NCBI GenBank assembly: GCA_945860355.1
Contig: CAMARB010000001.1
Coordinates: 459 to 64,458, forward strand
Direction of reading: 5' to 3'
Source of the DNA: Chthoniobacter flavus
Lineage (GTDB): Bacteria > Verrucomicrobiota > Verrucomicrobiia > Chthoniobacterales > Chthoniobacteraceae
Length of the DNA: 64,000 nucleotides
Made by a program: the position numbers and the translations under genes. Shown here in pieces: positions 1 through 9,133 of this stretch. Below the pieces are notes generated by a model that was not told the origin of the DNA, did not search any database, and worked only from the letters and a program-made list of their open reading frames with translations. Within the stretch, counting starts at the first letter, position 1, and every line of letters begins with the position of its first letter.

Positions 1-98
1 TCGATTTTTGAGGCGTCGTAATTGGTGTCATTGACCTCGTTGAGATTCGAGTGGGTGATCGCGTTTTCGGAGGGGGGAAGGGCGGACAGGTCGGCCAT
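1..98 (-). CDS. 5' end of a leftward gene that runs off the window (possibly a DNA gyrase/topoisomerase B-subunit N-terminus)
   Basis: ATG at 98-96 (minus) opens a frame with no stop before the left edge, so it is absent from the ORF track. My translation is MADLSALPPSENAITHSNLNEVNDTNYDASKI. The ..NYDASKI.. segment resembles what precedes the ATPase fold in GyrB-type proteins. Only 32 codons are visible. Confidence 0.35.
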   Translation of the reverse strand, partial: MADLSALPPSENAITHSNLNEVNDTNYDASKI

Positions 99-312
99 AG
101 AAAAAGTGGGCAAAGAGGAAAAGCGGAACCTAGTTCGGCCTGCTGGCTGTCACAACGTTTTTTTCCCGGACGCGGACGCTGGTTGCCCCAGTAATGGGGG
201 GCGCTTTTTTGGCTGTCCACAACCTGTGGGACGGCCGCCTTGAAGGAGGGGGCGTGAGAAGCCGGGAGATCAGGGTGGACAGGTTTCTGGCCCTCTGAAA
301 AATTGCCCGCCA

Positions 313-1881
313 TTGAAATCGGTTCTCTGGATTTTTTTCTGTGCCTGCTTGGCCGTCGCCGCCCGGTGCCATGATGTGCGTCAGGTCTTCGTGAACCATG
401 CCGTCTACCTCAAGGATCCGGGCGGTTACGCCCGACTGATCCGAGTCCGAGGGCTCGAATCTGCCCTTGCCGAAACAGTCTCCGGGCCAGGTTTTGAAAA
501 AGCGCCGGTGGTTGCGGAGTCTCTTCCCTTGGACGCCTTGGTGCTCGGGCTCAAAAAAACCATCAACGGCCTCCTCCTAGGCCTTGACCCAAATCACCTC
601 AGCGTCCTTCGCGGGCAGGAGCTCGATCTGGCGGGCGCTCTGATCGCTCCTTTGCTCGCTTTGTTGACCTGCGTATTGCTCGGGTTTTGGGCTCGATGCG
701 CCGCGCCCTCCCGTTGGAGTGCGGCGGCGCTCCCTTTTCTGTTCGCCGTGAGCCCCTTGGTTGCGCATGGAGCGTTGCTGGGCGCTCCCGATGACGGCAC
801 TCTGCTCCTCGCAGCACTCGCCGTGGGGCTTGCTTCCGAGTTTCGCCTCACCAGCCTCCCCTCGCGTCCCTGGATGATCTCGGGAGGCGCGGCGTGGGCG
901 CTGGCGCTTTGGGTCTCGTGGCAGGAATCCCTCGTTTTGATGGGAACAGTGGTTCTGTTCTGGGCGGCGTTTCATCCGCGAGGTTTGCTCAGCCGTGAGC
1001 GCTGGCCTTGGTTGCTGGCTTTTTGCCTCCTCGGGAGTTGCGCCATTGCGGCCCGAACCTGGGCTCTCCCGGATTCCTCATCGACTTTGCACTCTTTGCG
1101 AGGTGGGGCTGGAAGTGAATGGGCCTCGGGCTTTGGAGGCGTTGCGGGCTGGGTTGGCGCCGGGCTTCTCGTCTCGCCCGTGCTCCTTGCGGTTGCGGGA
1201 AGGCGCGACCGGCGGGCTTGGGCGGGGCTTTTGCTCCTGGTGCTGGCGGCGGTGGCGCAATACGGGCTGGGGTGGGGGAGGCATTGGGTTGAAATCGGAT
1301 GCCTGCTCTTTTTGATGTCCCTGCCGTGGATGCTGGAGGTCTTCGGCAGACCCTGGGTGGGGTGGGGGCTGTTGGGCATCTCTCTTTGGCCTCTGGCTTC
1401 GATGTGGGATCGGATTCTTTATCCTGAAGATGAAGCCCGGCAATACGCCCTTCAGCAGGGAGTGGAGCGCTCGCTTCTGCGAGATGTGGGGCTGCGGATG
1501 CGCTCAGGCCCTCCCGGCAAGTTTTTGGCTCCCTGGTGGCTTTCGCCTCCTTTGGCCTACTGGTCGGGGCAGTCTGCGCTGACCGGGGGTGGCCGTCTCA
1601 ATGGTCCCGGCGTGCTCGACTCGGCTCGTTTTTATCTGTCGGCCAGCCATGAGCAGGCGCAGCCTCTCGCGGAACGCGCGGAAATTCGCTGGATTGTCGC
1701 GGACGAGCCGGCGCGTGTTGTGGAGGACTCACGGCAATGGTTGGGTGGGGAAGTCCCAGAGACTCCTCTCGCGAGAGCGCTCATGGACCGGCCTCACAGT
1801 GTCGCGCCGTGGCTCAAGCCCGTGTTCGCCAATCAATTCTTTAAACTATTCCTCGTGCAGCCCCATAACATCGCTCCATGA
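313..1881 (+). CDS. Polytopic GT-C-like membrane glycosyltransferase (STT3/ArnT-like features; family uncertain)
   Basis: 522-aa ORF with many hydrophobic helices and acidic loop motifs (KDPGGYARLIR, GAPDDG). It also has a WW-containing motif (APWWLSPPLAYWSG) before a ~100-aa soluble tail. Its stop overlaps the start of the next gene (ATGA at 1878-1881). Confidence 0.6.
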   Translation: MKSVLWIFFCACLAVAARCHDVRQVFVNHAVYLKDPGGYARLIRVRGLESALAETVSGPGFEKAPVVAESLPLDALVLGLKKTINGLLLGLDPNHLSVLRGQELDLAGALIAPLLALLTCVLLGFWARCAAPSRWSAAALPFLFAVSPLVAHGALLGAPDDGTLLLAALAVGLASEFRLTSLPSRPWMISGGAAWALALWVSWQESLVLMGTVVLFWAAFHPRGLLSRERWPWLLAFCLLGSCAIAARTWALPDSSSTLHSLRGGAGSEWASGFGGVAGWVGAGLLVSPVLLAVAGRRDRRAWAGLLLLVLAAVAQYGLGWGRHWVEIGCLLFLMSLPWMLEVFGRPWVGWGLLGISLWPLASMWDRILYPEDEARQYALQQGVERSLLRDVGLRMRSGPPGKFLAPWWLSPPLAYWSGQSALTGGGRLNGPGVLDSARFYLSASHEQAQPLAERAEIRWIVADEPARVVEDSRQWLGGEVPETPLARALMDRPHSVAPWLKPVFANQFFKLFLVQPHNIAP

Positions 1882-3278
1882 GTGATGTTTATGACTTTGT
1901 CGTCCTCGGGGGTGGGAGCGCCGGTTACGCCGCAGCCGCCACGGCTGCGCGGCTCGGCTTGCGGACGCTGGTTGTGGAGGGGGGCGCTGAAGTCGGAGGG
2001 CTCTGTATTCTACGCGGCTGTATGCCGAGCAAGGCGCTGCTGGAGTCGGCCCACCGGGCCGAGGCAATTCGGAGGGCGTCAGAGTTCGGGTTGCGCGCCG
2101 ATTATCAAGGGGCCGATGGCGGAAAGATCATCGAGCGCAAACGCCTTCTGATTTCAGATTTCGCCCAGTACCGGCGCAGCCAGCTTGAGGCCGGGGCTTT
2201 TGATTACATCCGGGGCATGGCTCGGTTTGTGGATGCGCATCACTTGGAGGTGCTTCAAAACGACGGGGCGTCTCGTCGGATTCACGGCCGCTCGTTCCTC
2301 ATCGCCACGGGTTCCCGGTGAAATCGCGTGGAGGTGCCGGGTTTGGCGGAAGTGGGCTGCTGGGACAGTGATCGCGTTCTGGATTCTGCGCACATCCCCG
2401 ATTCGGTGGTGGTGTTGGGCGGCGGGGCGGTCGCGCTTGAGTTTGCGAGTTATTACGCCGGCCTGGGCGCCGCTGTGACCGTGTTGCAGCGGGGGCCTCA
2501 CGTGCTTCGGGAAATGGATGCGGATGTGGCCGGCGCCCTGGAGCAGGCTCTTCAAAAGCGCGGAATCCGTGTTTTCTGCGGCACGTCGCTCCGCAGGTTC
2601 GAGAGTGTGGGTGGTCGGAAGGTTGTCTTTTTCGAGAAGGGCGGGGAAGAGATGCGGGTAGAGGCGGAGGAAGTGATCTATGGACTTGGCCGGAAGCCCT
2701 TGGTCGAGGGACTGGGGCTGGAGTTTGCCGGAGTGGATCTTAAGAGCGGGGCCGTGGGTGTGTCCAAGACTCAGCAGACTTCCGCCTCCCACATTTTTGC
2801 AGCTGGCGATGTCTGTGGTCCCTACGAAGTGGTTCACATCGCATTGCAGCAGGGGGAAATCGCTGCCCGGAATGCGGCTCGGTTGTTGAACCGCGCCGCG
2901 GGTGCTCTTGAGGAGATGGATTACGCGCTCAAGCTTTTCGCGGTTTTCTCTCATCCCCAGGTTGCGATGGTGGGGCTGACGGAAAAAGAGTTGGCGGGAC
3001 GCGATGTGTTGGCGGCGTCCTACCCCTTCAACGACCATGGGAAGTCGCTGCTCATGGGTGAATCCGAGGGGTTTGTGAAGCTCATCTGCGAGCGCGAATC
3101 CCGGCGTATTTTGGGGGGCGCCGTGGTGGGACCTGAGGCATCGGAACTCATTCACGAAGTGGCTGTCGCCATGCATTTTAGAGCGACAGCGGGTGATCTG
3201 ATGCGGGTCCCGCATTATCATCCCACTCTGAGCGAAATCTGGACTTACCCCGCAGAGGAACTCGCGGCGGGGAGCTGA
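1878..3278 (+). pseudogene. FAD-dependent pyridine nucleotide-disulfide oxidoreductase (dihydrolipoyl dehydrogenase/mercuric-reductase-like class I family) interrupted by one in-frame TGA
   Basis: ORFs 1878-2321 and 2328-3278 share one frame and are separated only by TGA at 2319-2321 (IATGSR*NRVEVPGL). The N part has the FAD fold VVLGGGSAGY and the redox CxxxxC (GLCILRGCMPSK). The C part has the NAD fold VVVLGGGAVALEFA, AAGD and the C-terminal HYHPTLSE His-Glu motif. It could also be a sequencing error or a readthrough site. Confidence 0.6.
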
Positions 3279-3448
3279 CGGCTTGGGCGTCTGCTGAAGT
3301 GAGCTTGGAGGTCCGTTTCACGGGCGTTCCACATCGAACTCACAAGGCGGCGTTGACACCCCCGGAGGCGCGGGTAAGAGTCGGCTGTGTTGCGCCGAGT
3401 TCCGCGTCCCAGACCCCGGTATCGGCGGCAGCTCAAAGCCCCACCTCG

Positions 3449-3919
3449 ATGAGTTTTTTTGGCTCCTCGCAACCTGCATCCTCTACCGCATCCTCTAAAA
3501 TGTCCGACAATTACAGCTCCACCAGCACCCCTAACCGCAACCTGCTCTCCGCTGACGTTGAGATCAAAGGTTCGATCAAATTCACCAACGACCTCACCAT
3601 TGACGGCAAGGTTGAAGGCGAGATCACTTCCCAAGGCACGCTGACGGTCGGCGAGAATGCGGAGATTCGGGGTGAGATCAAAACCAAGTCCGCGACCGTC
3701 CACGGCCGGGTGATCGGAAACATCACCGTCGAGGAGCGTTGCGAGTTGAAGGCGCGTGCGGTGTTGCACGGCGACCTGAAGGCCACGCGTTTGGTGATCG
3801 AGGAGGGGGCCACATTCATCGGTAAGTCCGAAGTGTCGCCGAACAAAGTCACCGCGATGAAACAGGATGCGCCCCGGCCTGCCGAACCGGCCAAGGTCGC
3901 CGCGGTAACGACACGCTAA
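3449..3919 (+). CDS. Bactofilin-family cytoskeletal protein
   Basis: Beta-helical repeat core (VEIKGSIKFTNDLTIDGKVEGEITSQGTLTVGENAEIRGEIKTKSATVHGRVIGNITVEERCELKARAVLHGDLKATRLVIEEGATFIGK) typical of bactofilin/DUF583, with a Pro-rich tail. The ATG at 3449 is chosen inside ORF 3299-3919; ATG 3500 is an alternative. Confidence 0.8.
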   Translation: MSFFGSSQPASSTASSKMSDNYSSTSTPNRNLLSADVEIKGSIKFTNDLTIDGKVEGEITSQGTLTVGENAEIRGEIKTKSATVHGRVIGNITVEERCELKARAVLHGDLKATRLVIEEGATFIGKSEVSPNKVTAMKQDAPRPAEPAKVAAVTTR

Positions 3920-3932
3920 TCCAAGGCCCAGC

Positions 3933-4730
3933 GTGGCCAACAGCAACACCCCCAAGCAGCCGGAGAAGATCAGCGCGGACTGTCCGCACTGTGGCTTCAG
4001 CCAGCTTGAGTCGGCTTACGCCAAGTCGACGTTCTGCCGGAAATGCGGAGAGCATTTCAGCATTGAGAAACTCCTGTTGAAAGAAGCGAGCAGCCTCAAG
4101 GGCCCCTCGTTTTTTGACAAGTTCTCTAAGCTGCTCTCCCGCGAGAAGGTTCGGGACGTCACCTGTTTTGGATGCGGCTCCAAGCAGCAGCTCAGCTCGG
4201 AAGTCCAGTCGACGTCGTGTCCGCAATGCGGATCCTACATCGATTTGCGGGAGTTCCGAATCGCCGGGCCCTTTGGGCGGAGCATCCAAACCCAGGGGGA
4301 GGTCATCATCACCTCCAAGGCGGACGTGGCCAGCTCGCGGATCGCCTGTGGTTCCGCCCTGGTGGAAGGAAAGTTCAAGGGGTTTCTCCTCTGCACGGGC
4401 TTGGCGAGACTCAAGCTCCACGGGAAATTCCTCGGTTCCATCAAGGCGGAGAAACTCCTGGTGGAGAAAAAATCGGAGATTGAGTTCGTGCGCCCCATCA
4501 AGGTTCGTTCGGCTGAAATCAACGGCAAGGCTTCGGCCCATATTCTTTGTGATGGCGCGCTCACCATCAACAAGGGCGGCTTCTTGCAGGGCACCGTGCA
4601 TGCCAAGGCCATCACCATAGAAAAAGGCGGGGTTTTCAGCGGCGAACTCTTTATCGGCGAGGATGAGGGGACTGCTGAAATCCCTGATCCGACCGAGCCG
4701 GTTCAACGCTCCGGCCACGAGGAGTTCTAG
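3933..4730 (+). CDS. Bactofilin-domain protein with two N-terminal CxxC...CxxC zinc ribbons
   Basis: GTG start 13 nt after the previous stop. Cys pairs lie at aa 17-20/35-38 (CPHC..CRKC) and 78-81/96-99 (CFGC..CPQC). These are followed by a bactofilin-like beta-helix (GEVIITSKADVASSRIACGSALVEGKFKG...INGKASAHILCDGALTINKGGFLQGTVHAKAITIEKGGVFSGELFIG). Confidence 0.8.
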   Translation: MANSNTPKQPEKISADCPHCGFSQLESAYAKSTFCRKCGEHFSIEKLLLKEASSLKGPSFFDKFSKLLSREKVRDVTCFGCGSKQQLSSEVQSTSCPQCGSYIDLREFRIAGPFGRSIQTQGEVIITSKADVASSRIACGSALVEGKFKGFLLCTGLARLKLHGKFLGSIKAEKLLVEKKSEIEFVRPIKVRSAEINGKASAHILCDGALTINKGGFLQGTVHAKAITIEKGGVFSGELFIGEDEGTAEIPDPTEPVQRSGHEEF

Positions 4731-4757
4731 CGGGCGGCTGCCCACAGAAGTGAAAAA

Positions 4758-4800
4758 CCGCCGCACGAGGGTTTCCCTCTCATGCGGCGGTTTTGTTTTT
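4758..4800. terminator. Bidirectional Rho-independent terminator between convergent genes
   Basis: A perfect 8-bp stem, CCGCCGCA (4758-4765) / TGCGGCGG (4783-4790), is preceded by GAAAAA and followed by TTTTGTTTTT. It lies between the bactofilin stop (4730) and the TPR gene stop (4853). Confidence 0.75.
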
Positions 4801-4852
4801 AGATGACGGTTCCGAGTAATTCCCCGGAGCGTTTGCCGCCGCTTCGCGGTCG

Positions 4853-5617
4853 TTACTGAGCGGCTGGAGGCGCGGCCGGGGTTGGTGCTGCGGGGGGGGG
4901 GGTAGGCGCAGCCGTGCCCTTCGGAGCGGCCTCGGGAGCCGACTGGGTTTCAGGCCCTGCCTGGACCTCATTCTTTTTCGGCTCAGAGGGTGCTTCGGGT
5001 TCGGGTGCCTTGAGCTTCTGGCTTTCCATGATGGCTTCCCTCGCAAAATTTGAGTCGCCGAAGGAAGCGATGACTTGGTCATAAAGCCGGCCCGCCTCCT
5101 GGTTTTCGCCTTTGGCTTTGCGGATCCTGGCTTGCGATAGGAGTGCCACCGGGGCGCTGAAGCTCGTCGGATAGGTCGTGGACACCTTCTCATACGTGGC
5201 GAGCGCATCGTCCTGCTGGCCTTGGGCCTCCTGCGTCATCGCGATGCTGTTCCACACGCCGCTGATCAGCGGGTGTTGAGCCTTCTGCCCGGTCTGCTTT
5301 CTGAGCGCGTCCAATGCCTCCTCGTATTTCCCCTCGTTGCGCAATTCTTCAGCAAGCAGCAGCGCGGCGTTGGTTGCCACCGGGGATCTCGGGTAGCGGG
5401 ACGCCACGTTTCTGTAGTCCTCAGCCGTTTTGGCCGAACCGAAAAGAACGGCGGCCGATTTTGCGGATTGCCGCCGGGTGAACTCGGACACCCCGAAGAT
5501 CAGCAGGCCGACAGCAAGGAGGCCGGAAAAAAGCGCAATCGAGTTTTTATACCGGATCCAAAAAACCAGCGGGTCAAAGCCCGTGGGGGGTGTTTGTGTT
5601 TCAGCGGGGCTGGACAT
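4853..5617 (-). CDS. Membrane-anchored tetratricopeptide-repeat protein (YfgM/YbgF-like) with a Pro/Ala-rich tail
   Basis: 254-aa ORF with one N-terminal TM helix (IALFSGLLAVGLLIFGV) and TPR-like helices (EGKYEEALDAL, GQQDDALATYEKV, GENQEAGRLYDQV). Confidence 0.75.
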   Translation of the reverse strand: MSSPAETQTPPTGFDPLVFWIRYKNSIALFSGLLAVGLLIFGVSEFTRRQSAKSAAVLFGSAKTAEDYRNVASRYPRSPVATNAALLLAEELRNEGKYEEALDALRKQTGQKAQHPLISGVWNSIAMTQEAQGQQDDALATYEKVSTTYPTSFSAPVALLSQARIRKAKGENQEAGRLYDQVIASFGDSNFAREAIMESQKLKAPEPEAPSEPKKNEVQAGPETQSAPEAAPKGTAAPTPPPAAPTPAAPPAAQ

Positions 5618-5665
5618 AGGCGGGAGAAGCTTCCAAACGACTCGCCGGAGCGCAAGCTCCCATTG

Positions 5666-6391
5666 TTAATCCCGTCTTGCGAGAATCTGGTGGGACTGGC
5701 TGGTTTTGATGATCGAATTCTCGGGGGCGACTCCCTGCCATTGTGTGCCGGGATAAACGATGCTTCTGCGGCCGATCAGCGAACCCGGATTGAGCACGGA
5801 ATTGCATCCAATCTCGGCGTGGTCCCCGATGATCGCCCCGAATTTCTTGAGGCCCGTGCGCGTCGCGCCCTCTGCGGTTGTTACGCTGATTTCACCCCGG
5901 TCGAGCCGTACGTTGGAGAGGATCACCCCGGCGCCCAAATGGCCCCGGTGACCAATGATGGAGTCCCCGACGTAGTTGAAGTGCGGGATCTGCGCCTCAT
6001 CGAAAATGATGGAGTTCTTGAACTCGCAGGAGTTCCCCAGCACGCACCCGGAGCCGACGATGACATTCTCGCGAATGTAACAGCCACTGCGGATCTCGCA
6101 CCCTTCTCCGATCCATGCCGGCCCCTTGATCATGGCGCCTTGCTCAATGACGGTGCAGCGCCCGATGAACACCGCGCCGCTAATGAATGGCTTTCCGATC
6201 ATCCGCCCGTGGATGGCCGGCTTTAGGCGGAACTGCAGATAGCTGGGGATTTGTTTGAGCGCATCCCATGCGTTGACGGCATTCTCAAAGAGCATCCGGT
6301 GCTCGGTGTGTTGAAGGTCCAGGTAGTCTTGCGGTGCAAACATGGCGAATGCGGGCTTGTGAACTTGCGGAGGGGGGCTTGGCGAGCTCAA
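5666..6391 (-). CDS. Left-handed beta-helix (hexapeptide-repeat) transferase, GlmU C-terminal-like
   Basis: Repeated [LIV]-G-x-x-x-x hexapeptides (IGEGCEIRSGCYIRENVIVGSGCVLGNSCEFKNSIIFD..IGHRGHLGAGVILSN..IGDHAEIGCNSVLNPGSLIG). The start is uncertain (6391 or 6343). Confidence 0.75.
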   Translation of the reverse strand: MSSPSPPPQVHKPAFAMFAPQDYLDLQHTEHRMLFENAVNAWDALKQIPSYLQFRLKPAIHGRMIGKPFISGAVFIGRCTVIEQGAMIKGPAWIGEGCEIRSGCYIRENVIVGSGCVLGNSCEFKNSIIFDEAQIPHFNYVGDSIIGHRGHLGAGVILSNVRLDRGEISVTTAEGATRTGLKKFGAIIGDHAEIGCNSVLNPGSLIGRRSIVYPGTQWQGVAPENSIIKTSQSHQILARRD

Positions 6392-6434
6392 TTGAAAATC
6401 AGCGCGATGCGAAGTGGAAAAGCGTGCCGGGGAT

Positions 6435-7835
6435 TTATCGCGGGGTGAGTTTTTGTCCGTCTTTGGAGTCCTTGACGTTCCACCCCAGCTCCGCGAGCCG
6501 ATTCCGGATTTGATCGCTCTCCGGCCAGTTCTTGGCCTCCCGCGCCCGCTGGCGCTCCTGGACGAGCGCTTCGACCTCCGCAGGAATCACCGATGCGTCG
6601 CGATCGAACACGAGAACCTGGTTTATCCGGCGCCACCCCTCGATGATGTGAGCGGCCTGGCCTGCGCTGAGGGTTTCCCCATCGAGAGCCCTGTTGCTCT
6701 CTCGGATCAGGTCGAAAAGGTGACCCATTGCGCCGGACACGTTGAGGTCGTCGTCGAGGGCATCAAAAAAAGCGTCCACGTGGCTACTGAGCGGGGTGGG
6801 CTGCGGGGGGCAGGCATGAGCGTGGGCCTCAAGCCGCTGCGTCCATTCGTCGATCCGCGAAAGTGCGGCCCGCGCGGACTCGATCCCTCCGAGCGTGAAG
6901 TTGCAGGGGAGCCGGTAATTGACCGTGATGAGGGCGAATCGGATTTCTCTGCCAGTGAACCCTTTTTCGAGCAGATCCCTGAGCGTGTAGAAGTTGCCCA
7001 GAGACTTGGACATCTTCTGCCCTTCCACCATGAGATGGGCGCAGTGCAGCCAATACCGCACGAATTTGCGTCCTGTGCAGCACTCGGACTGGGCGATCTC
7101 GGCCTCGTGGTGAGGGAAGATGTTGTCGACGCCTCCGCAGTGGATGTCGAGTTCCGGGCCGAGCAACGCTGTCGCCATGGCGCTGCATTCGATATGCCAG
7201 CCGGGCCGCCCCTTGCCCCATGGCGAGTTCCACCACACATCCCCGTCATTGGCATCCCACGCTTTCCAAAGCGCAAAATCCCCCACGTTCTCCTTCTCAT
7301 ACTCGTCGCTGCTCACCCGACCGCTCGGCCTCAACTCCTCCAGGTTCAGGTGCGCCAGGCGGCCGTATTCGGGAAACGTCGAGAGCCGGAAATAAACCGA
7401 TCCATCCTCGGCTTGATACGCCATGCCCTGACTCTCGAGCTGCTCGATCATCGAGATCATGCGTGCAATGTAACGGTCCTCCGTCGCGGCGGGATAATGG
7501 CTGGCGCGTTTGATCCGCAACGTGTCGATGTCGGTGAAAAAGGCGTCCTTGTAGACTTGGGTGAAGTCGGCCAAGCGCCGGCCTGAGCGCCGGGAGTCGC
7601 GGATGGTTTTGTCATCCACGTCGGTGAGGTTCATCACGCGCTCCACCTGGAATCCGCGCGCTTCCAAGTGACGCTGAAGGAGGTCTTCGAAGATATACGC
7701 CCGGAAGTTCCCAATATGCGCGTAGTTGTACACGGTTGGTCCGCAGGTGTACATTTTCACCTGATTGGACCCGGTCTGGATCGGTTCGAAAGATTCGAGT
7801 TGCCGTGAGTAGGAGTTGAAAAGTCGGATGCCCAT
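6435..7835 (-). CDS. cysS: Cysteine--tRNA ligase
   Basis: Class I signature motifs: CGPTVYNYAHIGNFR (HIGH-type) and KMSKSLGN (KMSKS). Length is 466 aa. Confidence 0.97.
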   Translation of the reverse strand: MGIRLFNSYSRQLESFEPIQTGSNQVKMYTCGPTVYNYAHIGNFRAYIFEDLLQRHLEARGFQVERVMNLTDVDDKTIRDSRRSGRRLADFTQVYKDAFFTDIDTLRIKRASHYPAATEDRYIARMISMIEQLESQGMAYQAEDGSVYFRLSTFPEYGRLAHLNLEELRPSGRVSSDEYEKENVGDFALWKAWDANDGDVWWNSPWGKGRPGWHIECSAMATALLGPELDIHCGGVDNIFPHHEAEIAQSECCTGRKFVRYWLHCAHLMVEGQKMSKSLGNFYTLRDLLEKGFTGREIRFALITVNYRLPCNFTLGGIESARAALSRIDEWTQRLEAHAHACPPQPTPLSSHVDAFFDALDDDLNVSGAMGHLFDLIRESNRALDGETLSAGQAAHIIEGWRRINQVLVFDRDASVIPAEVEALVQERQRAREAKNWPESDQIRNRLAELGWNVKDSKDGQKLTPR

Positions 7836-7841
7836 TCTTCT

Positions 7842-8327
7842 CTACGCAGTTTCAGGCTGTTCAACGCTTGCAACCGCCATGGCGGCGATGCCCTCCCGCC
7901 GTCCAAGGAATCCCATCCCCTCGTTGGTGGTGGCTTTGACGCCCACGCGAGTCATTGGAAGCCCAAGTGCCTCCGCGAGATTTGCGCGCATCTCACCCAC
8001 ATGCGGGCCGATCTTGGGTTGTTCGGCGATGAGCGTGGCGTCCACGTTGACCAGTTTTGCGCCGCGTTGCCCAAGCAACATCGCGATCTTCCTCAAAATC
8101 TCCAAACTGCTGATCCCTCGGATGGATTCGTCGGTGTTGGGGAAGTGATGCCCGATGTCGCGCTCACCGATGGCGCCAAGCACAGCGTCGGCAATCGCGT
8201 GGGCCAGAACGTCCGCATCGGAGTGGCCGTCGAGGCCGTGCGTATGGGGAATCTCGACCCCGCCAAGAATCAGAGGGCGCTCCTCGATGAAGCGGTGGAC
8301 GTCGTAACCAATGCCAACCAGGTTCAT
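7842..8327 (-). CDS. ispF: 2-C-methyl-D-erythritol 2,4-cyclodiphosphate synthase
   Basis: IGYDVHRF..GHSDADVLAHAI..FPNTD motifs; 161 aa; located 6 nt upstream of cysS. Confidence 0.95.
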   Translation of the reverse strand: MNLVGIGYDVHRFIEERPLILGGVEIPHTHGLDGHSDADVLAHAIADAVLGAIGERDIGHHFPNTDESIRGISSLEILRKIAMLLGQRGAKLVNVDATLIAEQPKIGPHVGEMRANLAEALGLPMTRVGVKATTNEGMGFLGRREGIAAMAVASVEQPETA

Positions 8328-9076
8328 ATTCCGAGCTCCAAATCAATCCGGCCGTTCGATGCGCAAACGGAGATTTTCTGCGGGTTGTCCTCGCGCGGCG
8401 TGCTTTCGAATTGGCCCCCGGCGGTTTCCACGAGCAGTTGTCCGGCCGCGACGTCCCACAGGCTGACAGACTGTTCGATATACGCGTCCAAACGGCCGCA
8501 GGCGACGTAGGCCAGGTCCAGGGCGGCGCTGCCCATTAGCCGGCATTTGCGCGCGCGCTTCACATATTTTTCAAGCAGCGGGAGGCCTGCTGAGATGGTG
8601 GTTTTGGTTTTTGAGAACCCCACCGAAAGCACGGCATCACTGAGCTGCGTGCGCTGGCTCACTGCGATCGGTGCTCCGTTGAGGGTTGGTGAAGCGCCGC
8701 GAGCGGCCTCCCACATCTCATCCCGCATCGGGTCGTAGATAATCCCGGCCACAATCTGGTCTTTGTGCCGGAGCGCGATCGAGACGCAAAAATGCGGGAT
8801 CCCGTAAAAGAAGTTCACCGTCCCGTCGATGGGGTCGACGATCCAATGCCAGTCGCTGTCTTGGTTTCCCGCGAGGCCTTCTTCGCCAAGGATGGCATGA
8901 TCAGGGAAGCGCTCAAGGAGCATGCTTGTGATCAGGTCTTGGGATTGGACGTCGAGGTCGAGTTTGATGTCGTGGGCCTCAAATGCGTTGACCTCGAGAG
9001 GTTTTCCAAAGTGGAGGCGCAGAAGGTCGCCTGCAGCGCGCGCGGCGCTGGAAGCGGCGTCAATATAGGAGTTCAT
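8324..9076 (-). CDS. Inositol monophosphatase family protein
   Basis: ILGEEG and WIVDPIDGTVNF metal-binding motifs; 250 aa; 4-nt overlap with the ispF start. Confidence 0.9.
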   Translation of the reverse strand: MNSYIDAASSAARAAGDLLRLHFGKPLEVNAFEAHDIKLDLDVQSQDLITSMLLERFPDHAILGEEGLAGNQDSDWHWIVDPIDGTVNFFYGIPHFCVSIALRHKDQIVAGIIYDPMRDEMWEAARGASPTLNGAPIAVSQRTQLSDAVLSVGFSKTKTTISAGLPLLEKYVKRARKCRLMGSAALDLAYVACGRLDAYIEQSVSLWDVAAGQLLVETAGGQFESTPREDNPQKISVCASNGRIDLELGI

Positions 9077-9133
9077 GATTTGTTAAATGCGCGAGGGGGA
9101 GCGCCGCTTTGTAAAGAGGACTTCGTGAAAAGC

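Noticed and set aside
140-235. DnaA-box-like sequences (TGTCACAAC 148-156, TGTCCACAA 214-222) and the imperfect inverted repeat GTCCACA-ACC-TGTGGGAC (215-232) upstream of the possible gyrB gene, considered as oriC.
   Set aside because: There are only two or three weak boxes, no AT-rich unwinding element, and dnaA/dnaN are not visible. The inverted repeat may be an operator in the divergent promoter, but the evidence is too thin for an origin call.
2319-2321. Selenocysteine or alternative genetic code at the in-frame TGA.
   Set aside because: The position is in a structural turn, not the redox centre. No obvious SECIS-type hairpin follows. TGA clearly terminates other genes in the window (for example at 1879-1881, 26548-26550 and 40756-40758).
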